64,000 nucleotides of DNA, taken from IMG/VR virus record IMGVR_UViG_3300034356_001232, positions 7,255 through 71,254 of that record; one strand, given 5' to 3'. A model generated the notes under the pieces. It was not told the DNA's origin. It ran no database searches and saw nothing but the letters and a program-made list of their open reading frames with translations. The translations under genes were made by a program, and so were the position numbers. The stretch comes from a virus. This document shows positions 1-8,784 of the stretch, piece after piece (position 1 is the stretch's first letter; each line of letters starts with the position of its first letter).

Positions 1-246
1 GAAGGAGACTATACCATACTAATAGCAGATAGAGACATCAAGTTAAATTCAATTAATAACTTGGCGGCTGTATTAGTTCACGAGAGTCTACATCTAATGT
101 TTATAATGGAGGATGCAGTCTTTACGGAAAAGGAAGAAGAATATAGATGCTACTTGTACGAATTATCCTTCATCAAAAAACTACCAACCCCAGAGCCATG
201 GTTAACGGCAAATGCTTATGAAAAAATGCAATTATACAAACCATGA
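1..246 (+). CDS. 5'-truncated zincin-like (HExxH) putative metallopeptidase
   Basis: Frame is open from base 1 (EGDYTILIAD...LAAVLVHESLH...EEE). HESLH motif followed by a downstream Glu. ATGA overlap with the next gene. Confidence 0.6.
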   Translation, partial: EGDYTILIADRDIKLNSINNLAAVLVHESLHLMFIMEDAVFTEKEEEYRCYLYELSFIKKLPTPEPWLTANAYEKMQLYKP

Positions 247-2132
247 AAAAATCATACTCGCTTCTAGTAGGGTTATTCCTACTGACAGCTAGCCTCTTCG
301 GACAGAGTGCTAGTTCTTCTCCTGGCACCGGGCATTGGGTCGTAATCGACTCAGGTTATCAAGTAGCAACAACCACTGTTGGACAGACTGTTGCTCCTCT
401 ACACTTCTACAATACTTCTACATCTGAAAAGATTACAGGTATGCAGTACCGTGTATTCTATGACAACACTGCATTTACTGGTGTAGTTCCTTCCTTAAAG
501 ATTTCTACTTCAGACCAATACCTTCAGTACGTAGACAGTAACACACAAGGATTCTTAACTGTAACTTTAGCTTACACTGGATCTAGTGCTAGTTTTAACT
601 ACTCTAACGGAGCTACATTTGATTTAACCTTTACTCACGCTGCCGAAGCTGTATGGAACAACTTAGATTCTATCAAGACTTTGAAAGTAGCCGGTGTTAA
701 ATCATTCTCTAACAGGGCTGCCACTAACTGGGGTAATGATACTACTTTGGTAGTTTACTCTTATGGTGGTCGCTTCAATCAGAAAGTATTACGTTTTGCT
801 GCTAAGTTTAAAAACATTACTGGTTCTGATGCTAAGAACTTGTGGGTGTCTTTGGAAAAGAAATCCCCAACTGGTTCTTGGACTCATGTAGAAGCTAAAT
901 CAACTAACTCTTTAGGACATGTTGTATTCCGTAAATTCTTAGATACTACTTATTGGGATGTACGTATGGTAGTTAAAGGCGATACAATGATTCCAGGTAA
1001 CGTATTTTCTACTGCAGATGCACAGAAGATCAACCAAGCTATCTTAGCGCAATACACCCCATCAGGATTTGATTACTACACAATGGATGTAAACGGAACT
1101 ACTGGAGATATTTCTATCGCTGACGTATACTCTGTGTATGGACGTTTGGCAGGTAGATTCTCTAGCTGGCCTAACTCTAAGAAGGATGTAATGTTCTTCA
1201 CAGTTGCTGAATACAATGCAATTAATGGAGCCGCTACTAACTTGACTTCTACTTACTCTACAGTAAACAACTTTAACTACACTATTGACGGTAAAGATTC
1301 TATCACTTACTACGTGGCTGTTAAGGGAGATGCAAACTCTACTGGATTTAAGATGGCTCGTTTGACTCCAATCAAAATTATCAATCCAGCTAACGCTAAA
1401 AACTACATCATTGACAAAACTGTAAGTTATGATGATCCTACTTTAGAAACAGTAGAAATCAACATGCCTAAAGTAAAAGTAGAAGACGGCAACTTGGTAA
1501 ACGTACCAGTTAAAGTTTTGACTAACGGCAAAGACTTGGGTGCTCTTCAATTAGACCTTAAATACGATACTGCTTACTTAGAGTTTAAGAACGTAGAAGT
1601 AACCGAGAAAATTATGAAGTGGACTGCTTACACCAATCCTTCTAACGGGATTGTTTCTTGGGGAGGTGCAGACCTAACCAATGCTAATTTGCTGAAAGAT
1701 GGTGAGGCTGTGTTTACGCTTCAATTCATTGCTAAGAAACCTCAAGACTCTTGGGCTACTGCAGCAATCTGGACATCAGAAAAGTACGTAGGAGATGCTA
1801 AGGCTAAAGACATGAATATTACTCCTACTATGGGCATTATTGAGGTTCGTAGAAAAGGTGTAGTAAACCTTAACCAAGTAAGTGACTTGATTGCTTTTCC
1901 AAATCCTTCTGAAGGAGCTATTCAAGTTCAATTCAAGATAGCAGAAGAATCAGACGTTAACCTATCTCTTTACAACGAAGTAGGACAGATGGTTCAGAAT
2001 ATCTTAGACAAGCACATGCCTGTAGGAAACTACAAGTACAGTGTAGACTTGGAAAGACTTCCTGATGGAGTTTATATCTTAACCTTAAAGACTGAAAAAC
2101 AAGTCTTAGACTCTAAACTATTAATCATATGA
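243..2132 (+). CDS. Secreted cohesin/dockerin-like protein with T9SS C-terminal sorting domain
   Basis: SPI signal peptide. N-terminal cohesin-like segment (ITGMQYRVFYDNTAF), dockerin-like DVNGTTGDISIADV, second cohesin-like segment (VNVPVKV...LGALQLDLKYDTAYLEF). C-terminus FPNPS...LPDGVYILTL...KLLII is a type A T9SS CTD. Confidence 0.85.
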   Translation: MKKSYSLLVGLFLLTASLFGQSASSSPGTGHWVVIDSGYQVATTTVGQTVAPLHFYNTSTSEKITGMQYRVFYDNTAFTGVVPSLKISTSDQYLQYVDSNTQGFLTVTLAYTGSSASFNYSNGATFDLTFTHAAEAVWNNLDSIKTLKVAGVKSFSNRAATNWGNDTTLVVYSYGGRFNQKVLRFAAKFKNITGSDAKNLWVSLEKKSPTGSWTHVEAKSTNSLGHVVFRKFLDTTYWDVRMVVKGDTMIPGNVFSTADAQKINQAILAQYTPSGFDYYTMDVNGTTGDISIADVYSVYGRLAGRFSSWPNSKKDVMFFTVAEYNAINGAATNLTSTYSTVNNFNYTIDGKDSITYYVAVKGDANSTGFKMARLTPIKIINPANAKNYIIDKTVSYDDPTLETVEINMPKVKVEDGNLVNVPVKVLTNGKDLGALQLDLKYDTAYLEFKNVEVTEKIMKWTAYTNPSNGIVSWGGADLTNANLLKDGEAVFTLQFIAKKPQDSWATAAIWTSEKYVGDAKAKDMNITPTMGIIEVRRKGVVNLNQVSDLIAFPNPSEGAIQVQFKIAEESDVNLSLYNEVGQMVQNILDKHMPVGNYKYSVDLERLPDGVYILTLKTEKQVLDSKLLII

Positions 2133-2479
2133 AACTAAAAAACAAACTTGGCTTTGGCCAAGCAGAACCCGTAGCAGTACCAGATAACAATCGTTTCTAC
2201 TACATGCTACAACAGATGCAAGCTAACCGCTGGAGAATTACTGCCATTGTATTAGGTCTGTTTACTTTAATCATCGTAGGTATTAACTCTGCCGTGTTCT
2301 TTGGAGCATCTATCGGAGAAGACTGGAAAGAACTATTACTTATCCTTTTGGGTGCCTTTGTAGGTAACTTGAACAAAGTAGTTGACTACTGGTTTAACTC
2401 TGAAGACCGTGACAAAATGTTAATTCAGAAGGTCGATGAGGAGGATGGCGTATCTTTGTCTAACACAACTAACCCATAA
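2129..2479 (+). CDS. Two-TM membrane protein
   Basis: Two hydrophobic helices (ITAIVLGLFTLIIVGINSAVFF; ELLLILLGAFVGNL) followed by VVDYWF. ATGA-coupled to the upstream gene. Confidence 0.75.
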   Translation: MKLKNKLGFGQAEPVAVPDNNRFYYMLQQMQANRWRITAIVLGLFTLIIVGINSAVFFGASIGEDWKELLLILLGAFVGNLNKVVDYWFNSEDRDKMLIQKVDEEDGVSLSNTTNP

Positions 2480-2483
2480 TATC

Positions 2484-2801
2484 ATGTCAGAAGAACAAGA
2501 AGAAGGCGGAATGTCTGGAGTTAAAAAGGCAATTATCGGAGCCATCACTACCGCAGTAACTGCTGGTGGTGCTTGGTTTGCTACTACCTTAGGTGGTGGC
2601 GAAGATAAAGCCGAAGCTCCTGCAGCTGTGTCTGCACCCGCACCGGTGATTAACATCACTACGAACAACGAACAGAAGCAACAAGCAAACACTGGTGGCG
2701 GTGGCAACACTGTCATCATTAAAGAGAAAGCTGCACCAGCGGCTGCACCTGCTCCTGCTCCTGCCGCTAAACCTCAAGCAGATGAAGAAGATCCTTGGTA
2801 G
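2484..2801 (+). CDS. Small membrane-anchored Pro/Ala-rich protein
   Basis: Likely start is ATG 2484, after the upstream stop (track starts at 2436). One hydrophobic segment, PA-rich linker, ends EEDPW. Confidence 0.7.
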   Translation: MSEEQEEGGMSGVKKAIIGAITTAVTAGGAWFATTLGGGEDKAEAPAAVSAPAPVINITTNNEQKQQANTGGGGNTVIIKEKAAPAAAPAPAPAAKPQADEEDPW

Positions 2802-3471
2802 TCTATTATTGGTAATTCTTGTCTATGGTTGTGGCTCTATGAAGACCACAACCGAGGACGAGGTTATTGAGAAGGCAGACATCTCTACTGTATCTGGTTA
2901 CTCTGATTCTATCAAAAGAACAGTACAGGTAATCAGCATGGACATGACCAAAGTATTGGCTATGTATCCTGCATTACAGGAGAAGAATGTCGGACTTGGT
3001 TTTGCAGAATCCGTACTAGATTACTTAGATGAAACAAATCGTTTTGTATTTACTGAAGAGAAGGGTGAAATCAAGGAAAGGATGGTAACCCAATTCAAAG
3101 CTTCTAAAAAAGGAGTCTTTGAAGAACCCATCGACGGTAAGGGAAAGATCAAAGCAGCACAGTACTTTGTATACGTGACTGTAGCAGACTTTGCTGTAGA
3201 TGAAGATGAAACTGTAGAAGGAGCTAAAGCTAAAGTAGTAGTAACTACTTTTATCCGTTTGCAGGTTCGTTTTGTAGATGCAAAAACTGGTCAAATCTTT
3301 ATTGGCTCAGGAGAAGGGGAATCCACTAAAACCGGTGAATCTTTCTTGAAGTCTCTAGACGGAATGAAATTCTCGCAAAGCACAGTAGGTAAGGCTACCC
3401 GTAAATCACTTGAGACTGCATGTACCAAAGTGATTGAAAACCTTATCAAGAACGGTGTCTTTAAGAGTTAA
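2782..3471 (+). CDS. CsgG/HfaB-family lipoprotein
   Basis: Likely start ATG 2782 (MKKILGSLLLVILVYG-C, lipobox-like). L.ETNRF, GKIKAAQYFV, IRLQVRFVDAKTGQIF.GSGEG resemble the CsgG/HfaB/TolB-N fold. Confidence 0.75.
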   Translation: MKKILGSLLLVILVYGCGSMKTTTEDEVIEKADISTVSGYSDSIKRTVQVISMDMTKVLAMYPALQEKNVGLGFAESVLDYLDETNRFVFTEEKGEIKERMVTQFKASKKGVFEEPIDGKGKIKAAQYFVYVTVADFAVDEDETVEGAKAKVVVTTFIRLQVRFVDAKTGQIFIGSGEGESTKTGESFLKSLDGMKFSQSTVGKATRKSLETACTKVIENLIKNGVFKS

Positions 3472-4912
3472 AATATTGCTCTTGTTTTGTACGATAGGAC
3501 TGAGTTTAAAAGCTCAGTCCTTTACGTATAGCTACTTAGATCCGTGTACTAAGGAATTAAAGTTCATTAGTGCGGATATGAATACCCCAATAATGATTTC
3601 TTACTATGGACAGGTGAAAGCCTTTTCATACACAGAATTGCAAGATGGTACGTTTGACGCTTGGTTAAATTCTACCTACACAAATTTTCGTACAACCAAA
3701 CCTTGCGAAGGTGTACTAACAACCACGACTACTACGACTTCTACCAACACGGTAATGGGTTTAGTAAATAGTGTAATGACCTTGAACTCTTTGACGAGTT
3801 TAGACTTATCTTCGACATCTCTGGGATCAGGGACTTCTGTCGGAGGTACAACTACTTCCGGGACATCGGGAGTTAATGTAAAAACTAAAAATGAAAAACC
3901 GAACGACAAACCTAGTGGTGATGGAAGTAATAACACTACTAGTGGCTCTGGGAATACTTCTAGTTCAGGTGACCAATCATCTGGACAAGGATCCGTGGGG
4001 TCGTCGGAAGGACAAGTAGGAAACAATGGAAACGGAAACAATGGTGGAAATACTGAAGGCAGCGGGTCTTCTAACTCTGGGAGTAGTTCTGGGAGTGGTT
4101 CTAGTTCTTCTTCTGGTAGTAGTGGCAATGGTTCTGGCGGAGGGAGTGGTAACGGTGGTGGAGTGGATAAGAAGCCTGAAGAAAAAACTCCTGAAAAAGT
4201 AGAGGAGCAAAAAACTGAAACTCAAAAAGCTGGAGGAAATAGTACAGCAAAAGCTGCTGCTAAGGGTAAAGTAGAAACTCAAAAACCGGCTATTCTAGTT
4301 ACCGGTGATATAGTAGGAATCCAAACTGCTAGAAGTGACAAACAAGATGCAAGAGGTACAATGTCATTCACTCGTGTTCGAGGAGACGGTACAGCTTCCA
4401 TTGGTTTGTCTGCCGATTACATGGTTAACGCCAGGATAGGAAATATCGGAGGCATCAAATCTTGGATTGGCACCAATCAAAAAGGCTACAAACACATTAA
4501 CGTATTATCTGCTGGCTTAGGGTTAATGCCTAAGTCATATACCTCATCTTTACTTTTTGTAAGGGTGAACTCAATGAAGAACTTTACAGCCCTTTATGGA
4601 GCTGCCGGTTCTTATGGTAAGTTGTTTGAGGAAGAACTTATCTCCACCATGCTAATAGGTGGTTTCATGTACAAGGGTCAGATCTCTAAGCATATCGATG
4701 CAACTATCATTGCTGCGGCAGTCTATGCCCCGTACACAAAATATTACACAGAGAGTTTGTTTAAAAGCAGACCTATCATAGTTCCCTTCTTAAACATTAA
4801 CTACTCAATCACAAAGACATTTAAGTTTGGTTTGACTGGGGGAGGAACTTACATAGCGAACCAAGACGTAGTCAACTATCAGATCTTAATGGGAGGTAAG
4901 CTTAAGATATGA
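3434..4912 (+). CDS. Secreted protein with Gly/Ser-rich linker and putative C-terminal outer-membrane beta-barrel
   Basis: Signal-like ILLLFCTIGLSLKAQ, long G/S/N low-complexity region, C-terminal alternating amphipathic strands ending YQILMGGKLKI. Start codon uncertain. Confidence 0.65.
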   Translation: MKTLSRTVSLRVKILLLFCTIGLSLKAQSFTYSYLDPCTKELKFISADMNTPIMISYYGQVKAFSYTELQDGTFDAWLNSTYTNFRTTKPCEGVLTTTTTTTSTNTVMGLVNSVMTLNSLTSLDLSSTSLGSGTSVGGTTTSGTSGVNVKTKNEKPNDKPSGDGSNNTTSGSGNTSSSGDQSSGQGSVGSSEGQVGNNGNGNNGGNTEGSGSSNSGSSSGSGSSSSSGSSGNGSGGGSGNGGGVDKKPEEKTPEKVEEQKTETQKAGGNSTAKAAAKGKVETQKPAILVTGDIVGIQTARSDKQDARGTMSFTRVRGDGTASIGLSADYMVNARIGNIGGIKSWIGTNQKGYKHINVLSAGLGLMPKSYTSSLLFVRVNSMKNFTALYGAAGSYGKLFEEELISTMLIGGFMYKGQISKHIDATIIAAAVYAPYTKYYTESLFKSRPIIVPFLNINYSITKTFKFGLTGGGTYIANQDVVNYQILMGGKLKI

Positions 4913-6102
4913 GGTGGATTATTCTTCTATTCTTGTTTGCAAGCCCTCTGGTGGCACAATTTACTTATTCTGGATACTTGTATAACGCAAATGGTTCTGG
5001 TGCCTCTAACGTGGCTGTGAAACTTTTTAAAAGTACAGCAGGGGCAACTACAAAGACAGGGACGCTAACTAAGATAACATCAGGTATTCCTTCTGATAGA
5101 GGGAGAGGAACTTCTGTTCTGCATTCAACAGCCAACACAGATGAAAAGTCAATTGCCATAACTATTCCTTTTACAGTAAGTTATGCAGGTACAAACTACA
5201 CAAGTGGACATGTTAACGCTAACTCTTGGTTTTCTTTTGGAACAACGTCTAGTTCGGGTTATAACGGAAACGCAACAAGTCCCAATCAACCCACTATCCA
5301 TATCGGATCGGTAGATAACAGTTCTACAGATAACAACGTTTCTTATGTTTCAACTGAACGATATACAGACGGGACTTATGGAGATGTGTTTAGAGTTAGG
5401 TATGAGGGAAACTGTAAGTACAATCAAACAGGAATCAATTATGTTTGGGATTTGTATCTTATCAAAGACTCATCAAAACAAATAGTGGTTTGGAGAACAT
5501 TCACAGCTGATGGCTCAAATCAAGAACAAATGGGTATATCTACAGGCAGTGCTTGGATGGCAAGTACGTTAGTTACTGCTGGAACCTTTGCTAGTACTAG
5601 CTGGAAAATAACCTCTACGTCAACTACAACAACTTCGTCTAGTTCTTTAGATGCTACAGCGTATACTAACTCGTCAGGGTATTATTCTTTCTCAAGAACT
5701 ACAGTTGCAGGGAATCAATTTACAATCCAAGTAGATGCCCCTACTAGAATCCAAGCCTACTTAACGACAGATGTCCAAGCCGTAGCAAATATCATCTTAA
5801 ACAAAGACGCTAGGAATGGGTTATCCTTTCACATGTTTGACGTAAATGACGACAAGATAATTTCTGTTGCCGATAAGTATTATGTGGCAGCAAGAAAAGC
5901 TGGGAGATTTTCTAAATGGAGAACGGCACCAGATGTTCGTATCTTTACAACCACAGAGTACAATGCTATTAAAGCTGCCACAACAAACGTAAGAACAACC
6001 TACCCAGGAGTCACTAATCATACAACCTCAACCTTAACTAGTGGCGGGACTTTAAATTTATACATCATAGCTCCCGGCTATGCAGGACAAGTAACTTACT
6101 AA
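4909..6102 (+). CDS. Secreted dockerin-like domain protein (partial paralog of 243..2132)
   Basis: Signal peptide. FDVNDDKIISVADKY..ARKAGRFSKW...EYNAI aligns by eye with MDVNGTTGDISIADVY..RLAGRFSSW...EYNAI of ORF 243. Confidence 0.75.
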   Translation: MRWIILLFLFASPLVAQFTYSGYLYNANGSGASNVAVKLFKSTAGATTKTGTLTKITSGIPSDRGRGTSVLHSTANTDEKSIAITIPFTVSYAGTNYTSGHVNANSWFSFGTTSSSGYNGNATSPNQPTIHIGSVDNSSTDNNVSYVSTERYTDGTYGDVFRVRYEGNCKYNQTGINYVWDLYLIKDSSKQIVVWRTFTADGSNQEQMGISTGSAWMASTLVTAGTFASTSWKITSTSTTTTSSSSLDATAYTNSSGYYSFSRTTVAGNQFTIQVDAPTRIQAYLTTDVQAVANIILNKDARNGLSFHMFDVNDDKIISVADKYYVAARKAGRFSKWRTAPDVRIFTTTEYNAIKAATTNVRTTYPGVTNHTTSTLTSGGTLNLYIIAPGYAGQVTY

Positions 6103-6103
6103 A

Positions 6104-6547
6104 ATGAAAACTATACTATTCACCCTCGTATCCTTAATGGCTCTTAACCTTCAAGGACAATCCTACAAAGTAGACTCAGTAACATCTACAGCTAGTGTAA
6201 CTGATATTGCTGGTAGACCAATTACATTCGGTGCACAAACAACCCTTGAGCAGTTGATTGCAGACAAATTTAGTTTGTCCGACACAGGTCAAATTGTAAA
6301 AGTGCAGATTTACTCTATTGCAATGCCAGAAGAATTGGTCAACATTATTGGCATCCAATTACTGAAGAGAGATTACATTGTTTCTGTTAGACTGTCAGTA
6401 GGAGATAAAGTTTACGAAGCCCAAGCCAAGAAACGAGTGTTTGTCAATGCAATGTTCTTGACAGTCGAGCAAATCCCCCACAACAAAAAGGCCTATTCAA
6501 AAGCGTTGGAGAAGTCTTTAGCTGTAGCTGTTGCTCAGATGAAATAA
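6104..6547 (+). CDS. Secreted hypothetical protein
   Basis: SPI signal peptide (MKTILFTLVSLMALNLQGQ). Last gene of the tightly packed operon. Confidence 0.75.
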   Translation: MKTILFTLVSLMALNLQGQSYKVDSVTSTASVTDIAGRPITFGAQTTLEQLIADKFSLSDTGQIVKVQIYSIAMPEELVNIIGIQLLKRDYIVSVRLSVGDKVYEAQAKKRVFVNAMFLTVEQIPHNKKAYSKALEKSLAVAVAQMK

Positions 6548-6586
6548 TATACTCCTTCCAGAAACGAAAAATCTATTAGATTTTGT

Positions 6587-6815
6587 ACCGTTTGTAACTT
6601 ATAGTGCAGCAGTTTTGACCAAATGGATTTCTCCAAGTCTCTGTTGTGTCCACTTATTGCCTGGGGTCGCCAGGTCAGAGCACTGCACATTTCGTTAATA
6701 ACGTTTTGACACTATCGGAGAAACCTCTTTTCATCTCTAGGATTACTCATACATCCGACTTCTGACCTGCTACCTACCATAAGCCCTCACAGGTGATCGT
6801 ATTGAAACGGTGTCG
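6587..6815 (-). ncRNA. Candidate structured non-coding RNA (~230 nt)
   Basis: ORF-free segment immediately downstream of a consensus minus-strand promoter. Ends are complementary (6587-6593/6805-6811) and there are several internal 6-9 bp inverted repeats. Confidence 0.5.
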
Positions 6816-6818
6816 CTG

Positions 6819-6849
6819 CAAATATAGAAAGAAAATTGAATGGAGCAAA
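6819..6849 (-). promoter_or_regulatory. Bacteroidota sigma70-type promoter (-33 TTTG / -7 TATATTTG)
   Basis: Plus-strand CAAATATA 6819-6826 and CAAA 6846-6849 read as TTTG-N19-TATATTTG on the minus strand. Confidence 0.75.
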
Positions 6850-6852
6850 GAA

Positions 6853-7119
6853 TTAATCTCCGGCAGCTACCTGAGCAGTGCTACTGTCAGTTCTCTGTGA
6901 GGGCATAGTGTCATACAAAAGCGTGTCAACGGTAAGGAAGACAAACTCATACAGTAGCTTGTCCTTGTACTCCATACCTCGAATGTATCTTTTGAATGAC
7001 TTGTAGAGATTTTTACTAAACACTTCCAGTTCTCCTGCTAGTCCTATCTCGTATTCTTTTAACTCATCAACGAGAAGTTCTACCAATTGTTTTTCTGTAG
7101 GGATCTTAGTTTTTTTCAT
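6853..7119 (-). CDS. Hypothetical protein (only convincing minus-strand gene)
   Basis: 88-aa ORF in otherwise non-coding space, preceded by a minus-strand TATATTTG (7134-7141). Confidence 0.65.
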   Translation of the reverse strand: MKKTKIPTEKQLVELLVDELKEYEIGLAGELEVFSKNLYKSFKRYIRGMEYKDKLLYEFVFLTVDTLLYDTMPSQRTDSSTAQVAAGD

Positions 7120-7133
7120 GCAAGTCTCCTGTA

Positions 7134-7141
7134 CAAATATA
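7134..7141 (-). promoter_or_regulatory. -7 element TATATTTG for 6853..7119
   Basis: Plus-strand CAAATATA. No clear -33 box. Confidence 0.5.
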
Positions 7142-7213
7142 CTTTTATTTCAAAATTTGTCTATTAATCTTTTAAGTTAAGATAGAATTAATCTACAAGA
7201 TTATAACTTTAAA

Positions 7214-7244
7214 CTTGACTTTTTTTATTAGAATAGTATATTTG
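7214..7244 (+). promoter_or_regulatory. Bacteroidota promoter CTTG-N19-TATATTTG
   Basis: CTTG 7214-7217, TATATTTG 7237-7244, upstream of the packaging operon. Confidence 0.75.
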
Positions 7245-7260
7245 TCTAAAACCAACCGAA

Positions 7261-7602
7261 ATGAAAGTCGCAAGAAAATACGAAGAAGGAGTCCAACTAC
7301 ACCAGTCATACATTGATATCTTGACTAGATTAGCTGGATACAGGTTGTCAGATTTACATACTAGTATCTTAGGTTACAGTTCTTACTTTGGAACTATTAA
7401 CAAAGAAATCAAGGATGAGCTGGCTTCCAAGAACAACACTTCTTCACAAGTTATTGCTAACGCAATTACCAAGTTAAGAAAGTTAGGATTACTGGAAAAG
7501 AATGTGATTAACAAAAAACTATCCCCGAACCAAAAAGAGACAGCTTCAATTACATTGTTACTAAGTACCGCCAAGAATAAAGAAAATGCCACGATCTCTT
7601 GA
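7261..7602 (+). CDS. Putative winged-HTH DNA-binding protein
   Basis: ELASKNNTSSQVIANAITKLRKLGLL is an HTH-like pattern. Confidence 0.6.
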   Translation: MKVARKYEEGVQLHQSYIDILTRLAGYRLSDLHTSILGYSSYFGTINKEIKDELASKNNTSSQVIANAITKLRKLGLLEKNVINKKLSPNQKETASITLLLSTAKNKENATIS

Positions 7603-8146
7603 AAAAAGTAGAAAGGAAGTAGAGTTTAAATCCTATGGGTTATACTCGGAAGTTGCTAGGCAAGTTGATTGCACAGCATCAGATGTGGATACTATTTACT
7701 CTTGGTACATCAATAAGACCTTAGACCAGATGAACAACGAACCTTCCGTTAAAGTTTTCTTCAAAGGACTAGGTACTATTAAACTTGACTTTGCTAGGGG
7801 CTTGAGATACTTTCAAGGATACATCACTAGTTTAGATCAGCAAGTTACTTTTTACTTAGATAAGAACAGACCGAGTTATTTACGTTTAAGTTTTTTGCTT
7901 GCCCGGCACAAAGCACTTTCCGAAACAATTACTACTACAAAACAAAGACTTGAGAAGTATAAAGAAATCGGAGCAATCAAAGAAGCCGGCTACATGAACA
8001 AACTAACCCGACTCGACCAACTTCAAAACCGACTTAATTTAATATATGAATCCATTCAAAGAATACCTGAATTTGAGCAAAAAAGGACTGCAGAATGCGG
8101 ACAAAGTGCTTCACGGAGTAACGAACAAGATTGCCAACCAATTTAG
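7586..8146 (+). CDS. Protein with HU/IHF-like N-terminal region
   Basis: YSEVARQVDCTASDVDTI...VKVFFKGLGTIKL resembles the HU/IHF helix pair plus GxGxF strand. Confidence 0.5.
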   Translation: MPRSLEKSRKEVEFKSYGLYSEVARQVDCTASDVDTIYSWYINKTLDQMNNEPSVKVFFKGLGTIKLDFARGLRYFQGYITSLDQQVTFYLDKNRPSYLRLSFLLARHKALSETITTTKQRLEKYKEIGAIKEAGYMNKLTRLDQLQNRLNLIYESIQRIPEFEQKRTAECGQSASRSNEQDCQPI

Positions 8147-8426
8147 ACTGTTGAGTAATGAGAAACAAGAAGTTATCGCAGAGAGGATGGAGATATGTCT
8201 CAACTGTCCTTACAACTCCAGAAACGCTAGAGAATCTGTGGAGTATGCAGAACTTACAGGCAAGCAGTACGACACATCCAGGATTGAAGATCACTGTTCG
8301 TTTTGTGGCTGCATCCTCGATTTCAAAACCGCATCTCTTTCTTCGGATTGCGGTATAGCAGATTGGAATGAGGAAAATCCTGAAAAACAATTACCTTTAA
8401 AGTGGACAAAATATAACCCATCATAA
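8046..8426 (+). CDS. Cys-rich putative metal-binding protein
   Basis: RMEICLNCP...CSFCGC...K...SDC...W pattern. Overlaps the upstream gene by about 100 nt. Confidence 0.7.
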   Translation: MNPFKEYLNLSKKGLQNADKVLHGVTNKIANQFRLLSNEKQEVIAERMEICLNCPYNSRNARESVEYAELTGKQYDTSRIEDHCSFCGCILDFKTASLSSDCGIADWNEENPEKQLPLKWTKYNPS

Positions 8427-8427
8427 A

Positions 8428-8565
8428 ATGAAAACACAAGCACAACCCAAACCAAAGACCATCACTAACCAGTGTGGTGGAAACAAAGGCACTAAATGCG
8501 CAGTAGAACTGTACATCATGCCTAACGATGGAAACATCAATGTAGCGAAAGCTATTAAGAAATAA
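8428..8565 (+). CDS. Small hypothetical protein (45 aa, not in ORF track)
   Basis: MKTQAQPKPKTITNQCGGNKGTKCAVELYIMPNDGNINVAKAIKK* fills the gap between flanking genes. Confidence 0.55.
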   Translation: MKTQAQPKPKTITNQCGGNKGTKCAVELYIMPNDGNINVAKAIKK

Positions 8566-8571
8566 TAGACA

Positions 8572-8784
8572 ATGGAAACCAACCAACCTATCAAGTCTAA
8601 CCGTAAGGAGCTACCTGAGCCGCCAAGTACTTTTCAAGATGATTTATTTTCAACTATGAAAATATTTTGGAAAGCCGGGTACTCTTACGGGAAGACTGGT
8701 AATAATGAAGACTTCTATGCAAGGACGCTAGAAGACTTTATGAATTTATCTTACCAAGACTTTTTGAAAAAATATGGCAGTTAA
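8572..8784 (+). CDS. Hypothetical protein
   Basis: 70-aa ORF in operon context. Confidence 0.6.
   Translation: METNQPIKSNRKELPEPPSTFQDDLFSTMKIFWKAGYSYGKTGNNEDFYARTLEDFMNLSYQDFLKKYGS

Noticed and set aside
3820-4160. Gly/Ser/Asn-rich tract as a curlin (CsgA-like) amyloid subunit next to CsgG
   Set aside because: Lacks periodic curlin QxGxxN repeats. More likely a disordered linker.
6713-6780. 22-aa minus-strand ORF MVGSRSEVGCMSNPRDEKRFLR in the candidate ncRNA
   Set aside because: Very short, no A-rich initiation context, overlaps predicted helices. Not fully excluded as a leader peptide.
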